Assembly: GCA_040218735.1 (NCBI GenBank)
Contig: JAVJQW010000047.1
Coordinates: forward strand, 1 to 64,000
Length of the DNA: 64,000 nt
Direction: 5' to 3'
Source: Deltaproteobacteria bacterium
Lineage (GTDB): Bacteria; Myxococcota; Kuafuiibacteriia; Kuafuiibacteriales; Kuafuiibacteriaceae
Positions 8,070 through 19,118 of this stretch are shown here, one piece after another (position 1 is the first letter of the stretch; every line of letters starts with the position of its first letter). The position numbers and the translations under genes are program-made. The notes beneath the pieces are model-generated. The model made no database searches and was not told where the DNA came from. It worked only from the letters and a program-made list of their open reading frames with translations.

Positions 8070-9279
8070 GTGCAGCTCCTCCGCCGGTACGCCGGCTTCC
8101 GCCGTCTTTGGACCGGCGAGGTCATCAGCTACCTCGGCGATTGGTTCAACACGATCGCGATCTACGCCGCCGTCGAACACATCTCCGACAGCGCGCAGGC
8201 CGTCGCCGCGATCATGGTCGCGAAGAACCTCCCCGTCCTCTTCGTCACGCCGTTCGCCGGACCGCTGATCGATCGCTTCGACCGCAAGTGGATCCTCATC
8301 TGGGCCGACATCGTTCGCCTCGTCTGCGTCGTCGGGCTCCTCGTCGCGCACCACTTCGAGAGCTTCTGGGGCCTCCTCGCCGCCACCATCGTCATGTGCA
8401 TGTGCGCCGGCGTCGTCGCGCCCACGAAGAGCGCCTCGATCCCCATGCTCGTCGAACCCAAGGACGTCGCCGCCGCCAACGCGATGGGCGGCGGGACGTG
8501 GTCCGTCATGCTCGCGATCGGCGCCGCGCTCGGCGGCATCGCCACCGCGTGGCTCGGCGTTCGCGCCGCATTCATCATCGACGGCCTCACCTTCCTCGTC
8601 TCGCTGGTGTTCTTCCTCCGACTCCCCACCCTGAAACCCAAGCAAGACACCCAAGACCTCGAGAAGAACACCTCGCTCGCCGACGGCCTCGCCTACCTCA
8701 AAGCGGATCGCTACGTCCGCGTCCTCGCCGCGCTCAAGCCGCTCATGGCCATCTCCGTCGGCGTATCCGCGCTCATCCCGATCATCGGCCGCTGGTTCCC
8801 CGGGCACGACGGCGCCGACTTCGTCGGATACCTCTTCGCCGCACGCGGCGCCGGCGCGCTCACCGGCTCGATGTTCCTGCGCATGTTCGTCGGCGACGCC
8901 CTCACCACCATCCGTCGCCTCGTGCTCGCCGGCTTCCTCATCGCCGCCGTCGGACAGGCGATGATCGTCTTCGCCCCCGCGTACTGGGTCGTCGTCTTCG
9001 GCCTGTTCTTCTCCGCGATCGGCACCGGCGCCATCTGGGTGAACAGCGGCACACTCATCCAACAGGAAGGCGACGCGAGTTACTTCGGCCGCGTCTTCTC
9101 ACTCGAGTTCGGCGTGACCACCGCGATGGTCGCGCTCGCGAGCTGGGTCGGTAGCTACGCCGTCGACCACGGCGCGTCGCTCTTCGACGTCGCCGCCGCC
9201 TCCGCGACGTACATGCTCTTGCCGGCTGCGATGTGGTGGGTGGTGCTGAAACGCCGCGAGCGCGACGAAGCACTCGAAG

Positions 9280-9299
<20 letters not shown>
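8070..9299 (+). CDS. MFS transporter
   Basis: About 12 hydrophobic segments; motif [11 protein letters not shown]; [18 protein letters not shown]-terminus. Confidence 0.9.
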
Positions 9300-9870
<571 letters not shown>

Positions 9871-9883
9871 GGTCCGCGGTCCC

Positions 9884-10363
9884 TCAGACTGAGAAAAGGT
9901 TGTCGATGTCTTCGTCGGTGATCTCGGCGAACGGAGACTGCTGACCCTGCTGCTCGGAGCGTGTCTTCAACACCTCGAAGATCTGCGTCAGCTCTTCCGC
10001 CGATTTCTTCACCCGCAACCGCACCAACCCCAGGCTGGATCGGTTGTCGAAGATGACGACCAAGATGACCCGGTCGGCGACGACCGAGATGTGAAGATTG
10101 TCCCGCGTGCCCTCGTGGAAGAGCGTCGAGAACTCCTTCTCGCCCATCAGCTTCGCGAGGCCGCCGGTCGCCGCGATCTCACCCGCGACCAACGACGCCA
10201 TCGACGTGCTGTCGAGGTTCGCCGTCTCACCCGCGGAGGCGATGAGCTGACCGTTCTTGTCGATCACGAAGACGACGCGCGCGTTGGCGTCCCGACCGAG
10301 CTTCTGACAAACGGCTTCGATACGACGAAACTCCTCGTCGTACATCACCATCTGGGAGGCCAT
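9884..10363 (-). CDS. mglB: MglB roadblock/LC7 GTPase-activating protein
   Basis: [38 protein letters not shown]-terminal [14 protein letters not shown]; directly upstream of mglA. Confidence 0.96.
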   Translation of the reverse strand: MASQMVMYDEEFRRIEAVCQKLGRDANARVVFVIDKNGQLIASAGETANLDSTSMASLVAGEIAATGGLAKLMGEKEFSTLFHEGTRDNLHISVVADRVILVVIFDNRSSLGLVRLRVKKSAEELTQIFEVLKTRSEQQGQQSPFAEITDEDIDNLFSV

Positions 10364-10474
10364 GTCAGACCGCTCCGATCGGCTGGAAACTGCCGATTCC
10401 TCTAGAAATTGAACGCACTAGGTCTCCGGAAGGACGGCCATCGTAGCACGGTACGAGGCCCACGCAAGATCCCC

Positions 10475-10870
10475 TCACAGCTCCTCGATCGGCACCATGA
10501 GGGTGATCGGCTCGCCCACGTGCGCAGGGAATCGCGTCTTCTCGAGGACCTGCTCGAGGCACCCGCGCAGCGTCAGCAGGTTCGGGACCGTCTCCTTCAC
10601 CGCCTCCACGTCGGGCTCGGAGCCGTCCGTCGGGATCCACACGCGGAACACGTAGTTCCCCGTCTTCGTGTCCAGGTTGATGCGCTCGCGCCGGTAACAC
10701 GTCGCGACCTGATCTCCCCGGCCTTGGACGATCTTCTCGGCCTCTTCCGGGGTGAGCGGCGTCTGCCGAACACCGCTCGGATCGTACAGGGGCTTCGACG
10801 GCGGCGGGGGCGGCGGCGTGGAACACGCCGCGACCACGAGCGCGACCGCGCACAAGGAGCCTCGACCCAT
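10475..10870 (-). CDS. lipoprotein with AgmX/PglI C-terminal (TonB-C-like) domain
   Basis: Lipobox VAAC, poly-Pro, VATCYRRE...GCLEQVLEKTRFP pattern. Confidence 0.55.
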   Translation of the reverse strand: MGRGSLCAVALVVAACSTPPPPPPSKPLYDPSGVRQTPLTPEEAEKIVQGRGDQVATCYRRERINLDTKTGNYVFRVWIPTDGSEPDVEAVKETVPNLLTLRGCLEQVLEKTRFPAHVGEPITLMVPIEEL

Positions 10871-10901
10871 CACTCGTTTTTCGTCTAACAGGATTCGAGC
10901 C

Positions 10902-12017
10902 GTGGCGAAACGAGCCTCCGCCCCTTTGCTCCGCCAGGCCCTCCTCGCGTGGTACCGCGCCAACCGACGCGACCTCCCCTGGCGCGCGACCTCCGATCCG
11001 TACGCGGTGTGGGTGTCGGAGGTCATGCTCCAACAGACCCGCGTCGACACCGTCATCCCCTACTACCAACGCTTCCTCGAGCGCTGGCCCGACGTCCACG
11101 CGCTCGCCGCCGCCGACGAACAACAGGTGCGCGCCGCATGGTCCGGACTCGGGTACTACCGACGCGCGAGCGCGATGCTCCGCGCGGCGGCGCAGGTCGT
11201 CCGCGACCACGACGGCGTCTTCCCCCGCGGCGTCGACGCCCTGAAGAAGCTCCCGGGCTTCGGTCGCTACACCGCGGGCGCCGTCGCATCGATCGCCCAC
11301 GGCGAGCCCGCGCCCGCCGTCGACGGCAACGTGCAGCGCACGCTCGCGCGGATCTACGGCATCGAAGGCGACGTGACCGCGGGCCCCGGCTCCAAGGCGG
11401 TCTGGAACCACGCCGCCGTGCTCTCCAACTGCGACAGCCCCGGCGACATCAACCAGGCGCTCATCGAGCTCGGCGCGCTGACGTGTAAACCGAAGAACCC
11501 TGCGTGTATGGCGTGCCCGGTGCGCTCGGAGTGTGTCGCAAACGCCGAGGGCAAGCAGTCGACGATCCCCCGGCCTCGCGTACGCGCAAAGCAGAAACGC
11601 GTCGAGCTCACGATGCTCCTCGCGATCCGCGCGGGCCCCGCCGTGTTGCTCGAACGACAGCGCGACGACGGCCTCTTCGGCGGCCTGTGGTGTCTCCCGA
11701 TGCTCGACGGCCGCCTCGAACCGGACGCTGCGCTCGACGAGGCCGGATCCCGGTACGGCTTCGAGCTCGACGCGGGGGAGACCGCCGCCGAATTCGAAGC
11801 ACTCCTTACCCATCGGCGCCTCGTCATCCGCGTCGTGCGGGCGCGGGGTGCCCCTGCGAAGGTCGACGGCGCGCTGCGCTGGGCACCGCTCGAGAACCTC
11901 GCGGACTACGGCATTCCCACGGTCACGGTGCGCGCGCTGAAGAAATCGCTGACCCCGGACGAGCGCGCGGTGGCGACGCTCCGGGATCGGAGCAATGCCG
12001 GGTCTCGCTCGGACTGA
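10902..12017 (+). CDS. mutY: A/G-specific adenine glycosylase MutY
   Basis: RDLPWR, WVSEVMLQQTRV, WSGLGYY, LPGFGRYTAGA, VDGNV, Fe-S motif CKPKNPACMACPVRSEC. Confidence 0.95.
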   Translation: MAKRASAPLLRQALLAWYRANRRDLPWRATSDPYAVWVSEVMLQQTRVDTVIPYYQRFLERWPDVHALAAADEQQVRAAWSGLGYYRRASAMLRAAAQVVRDHDGVFPRGVDALKKLPGFGRYTAGAVASIAHGEPAPAVDGNVQRTLARIYGIEGDVTAGPGSKAVWNHAAVLSNCDSPGDINQALIELGALTCKPKNPACMACPVRSECVANAEGKQSTIPRPRVRAKQKRVELTMLLAIRAGPAVLLERQRDDGLFGGLWCLPMLDGRLEPDAALDEAGSRYGFELDAGETAAEFEALLTHRRLVIRVVRARGAPAKVDGALRWAPLENLADYGIPTVTVRALKKSLTPDERAVATLRDRSNAGSRSD

Positions 12018-12042
12018 CGAAGTGCCCTAGAGTCCGGTTCAA

Positions 12043-13848
12043 GTGCTGACCGGTGGAACGGTCTTCGGCGAGTACAAGCTGCTCAGCCCGCTCGGCCGGG
12101 GCCCAAAAGCGAGTGTGTGGGTCGCGACGCGGATCGACCGCGACGCACGCGTGGCCCTGAAGATCCTCGAGCCCGGCAAGCTGCCCCCCGACAAGATGAA
12201 GCGCCGGCTCGACGCGCTCGTGCGCGCCGTGACCAAGGCGGGGCGCTTCGAACACGCGAACCTCCCGGGCGTGTACGGGACGGCGCTCCGCGACGACGGC
12301 CTGTTCGGGATGGCGTGTGAGTACTTCGACGGCGGCCCGTTCGAGAACATGGGCCGCATCGCGGACCCGCTCGTCCTCGACCGCGTGCTGCAGCTGCTGA
12401 CGCAGCTCGGGACGCTGCTCGCGTGGTTACACGATCACGACGTCGTGCACGGGAACATCAAACCCGCGAACGTGCTCGTCACGCCGGGCGCGTACGGGCC
12501 GACGGTGAAGCTACTGGATCTGTGCTGGTCGATGGCGGGGCTCGGCAGCGCGAACGCGCGCCCGTTCGTGTCGCCGGAGGCAAACGTGCGCGAGCCGATC
12601 ACGCCGCTGACGGATCAGTGGGCGATGGCGAAGCTGCTGCACCAGCTCGCCGTGCACTCGAGCCCCGAGGGATCGTCGCCGACGCAGGCGCTGACGGCGA
12701 TGCCGATCCCCGTGCTCCGCGTCCTCAAGCGCGCGATGGAGAACAGCCCGCGCGCGCGCTTCCAGTCGATGAGCGCGTTCGTGCAGGCGCTCGAGCACGC
12801 GCGGGAGGAGATCCTCGACGGCGAGGAGCGCCCGGTCGCGACGCGCGAGCCGACGGTGCCGATCGCGTTCGAAGAGAAGACGGCGCCGCACCCGATCGTC
12901 GGCAAGGGCGCGGCCGACACCGCGCCAGGGATGCCGCAGGTGCAGCGACCGGACGACGACACCGGCGACTACGAGCCGGTCGACGCGCCGACGGAGTCGG
13001 GCGGTGCCGTGCAGAGACCGACGCTCGACCTCGGGCTCGACCCGACCGACAACCTCGCGCCCGTGAGCCGGCCGCGTGGTCCGGACACGGCGGGGCTCGG
13101 TGCGATCAACCCGTCGGCCGACGCGATGAGCAGCGTGATGGACGACCGTCCGGTGCGGCCGCAGGATCCGACGGATCGTTTCGTCGCCGCGCCGAAGAAG
13201 AAGTCGCGCGCGCCGGTGTTCGTAATTCTCGTGCTCGCGCTCGTGGCGATCGCGGGCGCGGGGTACGTGCTGCTGACGGACCCGCAGTTCCTCGAAGCGC
13301 GCGCGCCGACGGCGTCGGGGACGACCGGGGCGCCGCCCGTGAACACGCCGCCGCCGGTGGAACCCGCGAAGGCGCCGCCCGTCGAGCCGCCGCCCGTGAA
13401 GGCGCCACCCGTCGAAACGCCGCCGCCCGCGAAGGCGCCGCCCGTCGAGCCGCCGCCGTCGAGGCCGGACGTCGATCCCGCGATCGTGGATCTTCAGAAG
13501 AAGTGCGAGGGCGGGTCGAGCCGCGCGTGTGTTTCACTCGGCGAGCGCTTCGAAGACGGACGTGGCATCGCCGCGAGCAAACGCAGCGCGCTGGTGTGGT
13601 TCGAACGCGCCTGCTCGCTGCGGAGCACGAGCGGTTGCTTGAAGTCCGCATCGACGCTCGTCTCACTCGGACAAGCTTCCCGCGCGCGGCGCGTCTACGA
13701 GCGCGCGTGCGACGCGCGCAACGCGACGGCTTGTGAGCAGCTCGCGGATCTTTGGCGCCGCGGCGTGGGCGGCCGGAAGAGCGAACGCACGGCGGATGCG
13801 TTCTCGCGCCGTGCGTGTGAGTTCGGTCTGCGTCGCGCCTGCAAGTAG
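12043..13848 (+). CDS. membrane Ser/Thr kinase-like protein (probable pseudokinase) with Pro-rich linker and Sel1-like repeats
   Basis: VALKIL, HGNIKPANV, DLC in place of DFG, one TM helix, C-terminal Cys-rich Sel1-like repeats. Confidence 0.75.
   Translation: MLTGGTVFGEYKLLSPLGRGPKASVWVATRIDRDARVALKILEPGKLPPDKMKRRLDALVRAVTKAGRFEHANLPGVYGTALRDDGLFGMACEYFDGGPFENMGRIADPLVLDRVLQLLTQLGTLLAWLHDHDVVHGNIKPANVLVTPGAYGPTVKLLDLCWSMAGLGSANARPFVSPEANVREPITPLTDQWAMAKLLHQLAVHSSPEGSSPTQALTAMPIPVLRVLKRAMENSPRARFQSMSAFVQALEHAREEILDGEERPVATREPTVPIAFEEKTAPHPIVGKGAADTAPGMPQVQRPDDDTGDYEPVDAPTESGGAVQRPTLDLGLDPTDNLAPVSRPRGPDTAGLGAINPSADAMSSVMDDRPVRPQDPTDRFVAAPKKKSRAPVFVILVLALVAIAGAGYVLLTDPQFLEARAPTASGTTGAPPVNTPPPVEPAKAPPVEPPPVKAPPVETPPPAKAPPVEPPPSRPDVDPAIVDLQKKCEGGSSRACVSLGERFEDGRGIAASKRSALVWFERACSLRSTSGCLKSASTLVSLGQASRARRVYERACDARNATACEQLADLWRRGVGGRKSERTADAFSRRACEFGLRRACK
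13368..13458 (+). repeat. intragenic tandem repeat, 3 x 30-33 nt, encoding KAPPVE(T)PPP
   Basis: gaaggcgcc(g/a)cccgtcga... repeated three times. Confidence 0.7.
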
Positions 13849-13852
13849 CGCG

Positions 13853-14320
13853 TTACTTCTTCGCCTGCGCGTCCTTCGGCAGCTTCGCGTGCGACATCAT
13901 GTGGTCGCCGATGTACTTCGCCATCAGGTCGGCGGGCATGGGCGTGAGCGTCAGCGGCAGATCGATCTTCTTGCCGTCGCGCTTGATCGTGCAGGTGACC
14001 TTCTTCCCCGGCACCTTGATCTTCGACATCTTCTCCCAGTGCTCCTTGGCGAACGTGATGCCATCGAGGCCAACGAGGATGTCGCCCTTCTTGATGCCCG
14101 CGTTCTCGGCGGCCGTCCCCGGGAACACTTCCGTCACGACGAGGTGATCGGGGCCCTTCGCGTCGTCGAGGTCGACGCCGATGAAGCCGGTCTGCTTCAG
14201 CTTGGACACCATCTCGTTCAGGCAGTCCTGCACAGGCGCCGTGCACTCGTGCCCCTTGCCCGCGAACGCTGCGATGGGCGCGAGAACGATCGTGGTCGTG
14301 ATCAACAGTTTCTTCAGCAT
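13853..14320 (-). CDS. exported PDZ-domain protein
   Basis: Signal peptide; GFIGVDL, VFPGTAAENAGIKKGDILVGLDG. Confidence 0.85.
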   Translation of the reverse strand: MLKKLLITTTIVLAPIAAFAGKGHECTAPVQDCLNEMVSKLKQTGFIGVDLDDAKGPDHLVVTEVFPGTAAENAGIKKGDILVGLDGITFAKEHWEKMSKIKVPGKKVTCTIKRDGKKIDLPLTLTPMPADLMAKYIGDHMMSHAKLPKDAQAKK

Positions 14321-14473
14321 GGTCTTTGTCCCTCCAAGTCCCGTGCATCAGCCTAGGCCATTCGCCCCGCGATCCGCCCGCACGATGTGTAAATGTTGTA
14401 AACGGCGTGTCGGAACGTCAGCTATGGTGGGACAGTTTCGATCCGGGACGTTTCGACCGTGGAGCCGAGTCTC

Positions 14474-16123
14474 ATGAATCGCATCAAGGACCATGCACTG
14501 GCGATCGGCTTCGCCGTCGCGCTGGTCCCGCTCGTCATCCTCCTCTTCTTGCAGGTGGGCTGGTTGCGCGAGCTCGACGAGACCTCCGCCGTCGCGCACC
14601 GCGCTGCGCTCCGGAGCTGGGCGGAGGCGTCCGGAAACGCGGTCGAGAAGCACTACCGCGGAACGGCGGAGCTGCTCCTCGAGGTGCCGGTCGCCTTGCT
14701 CCAGTCACACGATCTCGAACGCATCGGGAAGTTCTGGGCGAGCAAACCGCGCGACGGCGTGCGGACGTTGTTCGTCGTCGACTTCACGGAGTCGACGACC
14801 GGGAGCTTCTACATGTACTCCGACAAGGAGAAGCGCCTGGTCTCCATCCCGGCGTCCGAGGAGTCGCTCGCCATCATCATCGCGACGCTCCCGTGGCAGG
14901 GCTGGGCGCGCAACGCGAGCTCGACCGTCGACAAACTCGGTCTGCAGGCCAACGAGAACGACCCGAACCACCGCCTCGTGTTGCGTCCCGCCGTCGGTGA
15001 CGACGAGCGCGTACGAGGCGTCGTCGGCTTCGTCCCGGATCGCGACTACCTCCTCGAGGTCCTCCTGCCACGTGTCACATCCGAGACGGCGTCGGAGCTC
15101 TTCGGTCCCGAGGCGCAAGAAGACTTGCGCATCCTCGCGCTCGACGGCGCGGGCCACGTCGTATTCGGCGACGCCCGCTCGAACACGGCGCTCGACGCCT
15201 CGGTCCGTATCCCCTTCCTCTTCCACGATCATCGCATCGGCGTCCGGAGCGAGGGCAGCACGCGAGAGCGCTGGTTGGGGGGACGCTTCGTATTCAACAT
15301 GACGCTCGGCCTGCTGTCCGCGGCCGTCCTGCTCGCGGGCCTCGCGCTCGCGCTGTTCTCGGCGCGGCGGTCGATGCGCCTGTCGCAGATGAAGTCGGAC
15401 TTCGTCTCCAACGTGTCCCACGAGCTGCGCACGCCGCTCGCGTCGATTCGGCTCTTCGCAGAATTGTTGCGTTCCGGGCGCGTCCAATCGACCGAACGGG
15501 TCGTCGAGTATGGCGATCACATCGAAGCTGAAACACGCCGACTCTCGCGCCTGATCGACAACATCCTCGATTTCTCCCGAATCGAGTCGGAGCGGAAGGA
15601 GTACCACCCGGAGCCGACGTACGTGCTCGACCTCGTCCGCCCTGCCCTCCGCGCGTTCGACGTTCGCATCGAACAGGGAGGTTTCGAGTTACACACCGAC
15701 TTCCCGGACGCACCGGGTCCCATCGCGATGTTGGATCCAGACGCGATCGGACAGGTGCTTCACAACCTCCTCGACAACGCGATCAAATATTCGAAGACCG
15801 ACGGTGGGGCGATCGACGTATCGGTCGTCGAGCGTGAAGGGAGCGTCGTCATCTCGATCCGGGATGAAGGCGTCGGCATCGCGGCCACGGACCAGAGCAA
15901 GGTGTTCGATCGTTTCCATCGTGTGAGTACGGGCTTGGTGCACGACGTCAAAGGGAGTGGACTCGGGCTCGCGATCGTCGACCACGTAGTGAAGTCGCAC
16001 GGCGGAAAAGTTACGCTGACGAGCGCAGTGGGCGAGGGGAGCACGTTCGCGATCCATCTACCGGTTTGGGTCGCGAACGGAGAAGGGACGAACGATGGTG
16101 CGGCTGCTGATCGTGGAGGATGA
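14474..16123 (+). CDS. membrane sensor histidine kinase
   Basis: Two TM helices; H box FVSNVSHELRTPL; NLLDNAIKYS, DEGVGI, GSGLGL. Confidence 0.93.
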   Translation: MNRIKDHALAIGFAVALVPLVILLFLQVGWLRELDETSAVAHRAALRSWAEASGNAVEKHYRGTAELLLEVPVALLQSHDLERIGKFWASKPRDGVRTLFVVDFTESTTGSFYMYSDKEKRLVSIPASEESLAIIIATLPWQGWARNASSTVDKLGLQANENDPNHRLVLRPAVGDDERVRGVVGFVPDRDYLLEVLLPRVTSETASELFGPEAQEDLRILALDGAGHVVFGDARSNTALDASVRIPFLFHDHRIGVRSEGSTRERWLGGRFVFNMTLGLLSAAVLLAGLALALFSARRSMRLSQMKSDFVSNVSHELRTPLASIRLFAELLRSGRVQSTERVVEYGDHIEAETRRLSRLIDNILDFSRIESERKEYHPEPTYVLDLVRPALRAFDVRIEQGGFELHTDFPDAPGPIAMLDPDAIGQVLHNLLDNAIKYSKTDGGAIDVSVVEREGSVVISIRDEGVGIAATDQSKVFDRFHRVSTGLVHDVKGSGLGLAIVDHVVKSHGGKVTLTSAVGEGSTFAIHLPVWVANGEGTNDGAAADRGG

Positions 16124-16778
16124 CCGCGCGATGGCCATCGCGCTTCGCGACGGCTTCGAGTCGGAGGGCTACGAAGTGACGACCGCGCACGACGGTGCGC
16201 GTGCGCTGCAGCTCGCGACCGACGATCCGCCGGACTTGGTCGTCCTCGATCTGATGCTCCCGAAGATGAGCGGCGACGACGTCTGCGTGCGGCTGCGCTC
16301 CGACGGCGCGACGCTCCCGATCATCATGCTCACCGCGCGCAGCGAAGAGCAGGACAAAATCCGAGGCCTCAAGCTCGGCGCCGACGACTACATCACCAAG
16401 CCGTTCTCCTTCTCCGAGCTGTGTGCGCGCGTCGAAGCCGTCCTTCGCCGCACCGGCCCCGCCGAGCCCGCGGGCGGGCACATCGCCATCGGCGACGTCG
16501 AGGTGGATTTCGCACGAGGCCTCGTCACACGCGGCGACGAACCGATCGATCTCTCCGCGCGCGAGCTCCGCCTCTTGCGGTTCTTCGTCGAGCACAAGAA
16601 CGAGGTGGTCGATCGGGACGCGCTCCTGCAGGCGGTCTGGGACCACGACGACGCCCCGCTCACGCGTACGGTCGACGTCCACGTCTCGAAGCTGAGGAAG
16701 AAGCTCGGCGACGACCCGGCCAACCCGCAGCACCTGCTCACGGTGCACGGCCTCGGGTACAAGCTGCGGCTCCCGTGA
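16095..16778 (+). CDS. OmpR/PhoB-family response regulator
   Basis: LIVEDD, LDLMLP, GADDYITKPF, RTVDVHVSKLRKKL, TVHGLGYK. Confidence 0.95.
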   Translation: MVRLLIVEDDRAMAIALRDGFESEGYEVTTAHDGARALQLATDDPPDLVVLDLMLPKMSGDDVCVRLRSDGATLPIIMLTARSEEQDKIRGLKLGADDYITKPFSFSELCARVEAVLRRTGPAEPAGGHIAIGDVEVDFARGLVTRGDEPIDLSARELRLLRFFVEHKNEVVDRDALLQAVWDHDDAPLTRTVDVHVSKLRKKLGDDPANPQHLLTVHGLGYKLRLP

Positions 16779-16783
16779 TCTCG

Positions 16784-17566
16784 ATGCTCCCCTTCTATTC
16801 GAACGAAGACGGCACCTACGTCCCTTCCACTTCCACGCGCGGTCCGTGGGACGATCGTTTCCAGCACGGCGGTCCCCCCTCCGCACTCCTGCTCCGCGTG
16901 ATGTTCGAGGCGATGCCGTCGGGCTTCGCGGTCGCGCGACTGACCACGGAGTTCTCGCGACCGGTCCCGATCGAACCGCTCACCGTGGACGTGTCGGCGC
17001 CGGCCGGCGGACGGCGCGCGAAGCGCGTGCAAGCCCACTTGCGCGCGGGTGACACGGTGGTGCTCGAAGCAACGGCGCTGTTCCTCGCGGAGAACGACGC
17101 GATCGATCACCCGACGATCACGCGCCCCGGGACCATCGAAGCTCCCTGGCCCGCGCCCGAGTCCCTCGAGCCGTTCGAATTTCCTTTCTTCCGCAGCGAG
17201 GTCGCCTACCACCGCGCGGTGGAGGTGCGGCCGGTCGACGCCCCGTGGGGCACGACGCCGTTTCGGTGCTGGGCACGCCCGCGCGTGGAGCTCGTCGCGG
17301 ACACACCGACGCGCCCGGAGGAGGCGGTCGTGGTGCTCGCCGACGCGGAGAGCGGGATGGGGCCTCCGCTCGATCCAGATGTGTACTCTTACGCGAACCC
17401 GGATCTCACCGTGTACTTCGGGCGTCGCCCTCAGCCCGGTTGGACGGGCTTCGAAATTCGTTCGCGCGCGGACGGTGCGGGGATCGGTTTGGCGGAGAGC
17501 CGAATTCGTGACGCCGAGGGTGTGTTCGGCCAGTGCGCTCAAGCGCTGGTGATCGCCGAGCGCTGA
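16784..17566 (+). CDS. TesB-like thioesterase family protein
   Basis: RGPWDDRFQHGGPPSALL; NPDLTVYF. Confidence 0.8.
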   Translation: MLPFYSNEDGTYVPSTSTRGPWDDRFQHGGPPSALLLRVMFEAMPSGFAVARLTTEFSRPVPIEPLTVDVSAPAGGRRAKRVQAHLRAGDTVVLEATALFLAENDAIDHPTITRPGTIEAPWPAPESLEPFEFPFFRSEVAYHRAVEVRPVDAPWGTTPFRCWARPRVELVADTPTRPEEAVVVLADAESGMGPPLDPDVYSYANPDLTVYFGRRPQPGWTGFEIRSRADGAGIGLAESRIRDAEGVFGQCAQALVIAER

Positions 17567-17578
17567 GCCCTCGCGTCG

Positions 17579-17968
17579 TCAGTGCGTCTCGCCGCGATCG
17601 ATCTCCTCGACGATCGCGATGACGTCTTTCACATCGACGACGCGCAGCGCGTCGTCCCAGGGGATCGGGACGCCGACGTCCTTCGCGAACAATACCCGAG
17701 CCCCCTCCGGGATCCCGGAGACGTTCGTCCCGAGGGAGTCCTCGTCGTCGTCCGGCGCACGCGCGACCTCGATGACCTCACCGTACGCGGCCTTCGCGAC
17801 GGCGTCCTTCGCGCCCGGCGGCAAGAACAGCCCGCCCGACGAGCGGTCCGTCGAAGCGATCATCCGCACGAGCACCCGCGGGCCGAGGGGCATCACGTGG
17901 CGCGTCGTGTTGTCGGGCGGAGCCATCGGGTTCGGCTTCGGCGCGGGCGCCTCGTCGTCGTCGTGCAT
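17579..17968 (-). CDS. groES: GroES/Cpn10-like co-chaperonin (orphan)
   Basis: PLGPRVLVR, SSGGLFLP, GEVIEVA, GARVLFAK, DVIAIVE. Confidence 0.75.
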   Translation of the reverse strand: MHDDDEAPAPKPNPMAPPDNTTRHVMPLGPRVLVRMIASTDRSSGGLFLPPGAKDAVAKAAYGEVIEVARAPDDDEDSLGTNVSGIPEGARVLFAKDVGVPIPWDDALRVVDVKDVIAIVEEIDRGETH

Positions 17969-18058
17969 CGTCGCAACACGCCCTAGCGCCGAAGACCGGG
18001 CGGGGCAACAGGACAGCGAGGGTGGACCGAATCCCGCGTATCGACTAACTCGCCAAGC

Positions 18059-19111
18059 GTGGGTCGGGTGCGTCGCGCCGTCGTGAACGTCGTCGGAGTG
18101 CTCTTCGGCTGCCTCGCGATCTACGTCCTGGTGGAGGGCGGGAGCAGCGCGTTCCTGCTCGCGTGGGACCTCGGCTTCAAGACGACGGGCGGTCTCCGCT
18201 CCGGAAACTACGTCCGCTTCGATCCCGAGCTCGGCTGGAGCAACATTCCGGACACGAAGCTGGTCGACTTCAACGGCCCCGGACAACACGTCACCATCGA
18301 CCCCAACGGGCTCCGCATCACGCCCGCCCGCGAAGCGAGCGACACGATCACCGTGTTGTGCAGCGGCGACTCGTTCACGTTCGGCGTCGGCGCGGGCGAC
18401 GAACAGACGTGGTGTTACCGGCTCGGCGCCGACGCACCCGACATCGCGACGCTCAACGCGGGCGAGGCCGCGTACGGCATCGGCCAGATGTACCTCAAGG
18501 CCCGTCGCCTGAGCGATCGGATCGAGTTCGACGTGCACGTGGTCGCGTTCATCGCCGACGACATCCGACGCATGACCACCAGCGAGTTCGTCGGGCGCAA
18601 CAAACCGCGCTTCGTCCTCGACGGCGGGACCCTTCGCCTCGAACGCGAGACCGTCACGGAGAGCTCCGCGCTGTACGCGTGGATGCGCGCCAACAAACGC
18701 ATCTACGCGAACCTCAGGGTCTTGGAGCTCGGTCGACGCATCGGCAGCAAGTTCTCCGGCCCGCCGCCGGCCGCTCCGGCCGCCGACTCCACAAAGGAGC
18801 TCGTCGGCGCGATCTTCGAAGCCACCGCGAACATGAACGCGGCGCAGGGGCGACGCACCTTGTTCGTGTTCCTGCCGAGCGGTCCGGGCGTCGATCCGAC
18901 GGACATCGCGTGGCGCCCGCGCATCGCGGAAGAATGCACGCGCCGCAAGCTCGACTGCGCCGACCTCGTCGCCCCGTTCCGCGCCCTCGACGAAGCGAAG
19001 CAGATCGAGATGTTCGAACCGGTAACGCATCACTACGACGCAGACGGGAACCGCTGGGTCGCAGAACGGATCGCCGAGCTGGTGCGCACGTCGACGTCGT
19101 CCGCGCCGTGA
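18059..19111 (+). CDS. SGNH/GDSL hydrolase family protein
   Basis: GDSFTFGVG block I, NAGEAAYGIGQ, HYDADGNRWVAE; N-terminal TM. Confidence 0.8.
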   Translation: MGRVRRAVVNVVGVLFGCLAIYVLVEGGSSAFLLAWDLGFKTTGGLRSGNYVRFDPELGWSNIPDTKLVDFNGPGQHVTIDPNGLRITPAREASDTITVLCSGDSFTFGVGAGDEQTWCYRLGADAPDIATLNAGEAAYGIGQMYLKARRLSDRIEFDVHVVAFIADDIRRMTTSEFVGRNKPRFVLDGGTLRLERETVTESSALYAWMRANKRIYANLRVLELGRRIGSKFSGPPPAAPAADSTKELVGAIFEATANMNAAQGRRTLFVFLPSGPGVDPTDIAWRPRIAEECTRRKLDCADLVAPFRALDEAKQIEMFEPVTHHYDADGNRWVAERIAELVRTSTSSAP

Positions 19112-19118
19112 TAATCTC

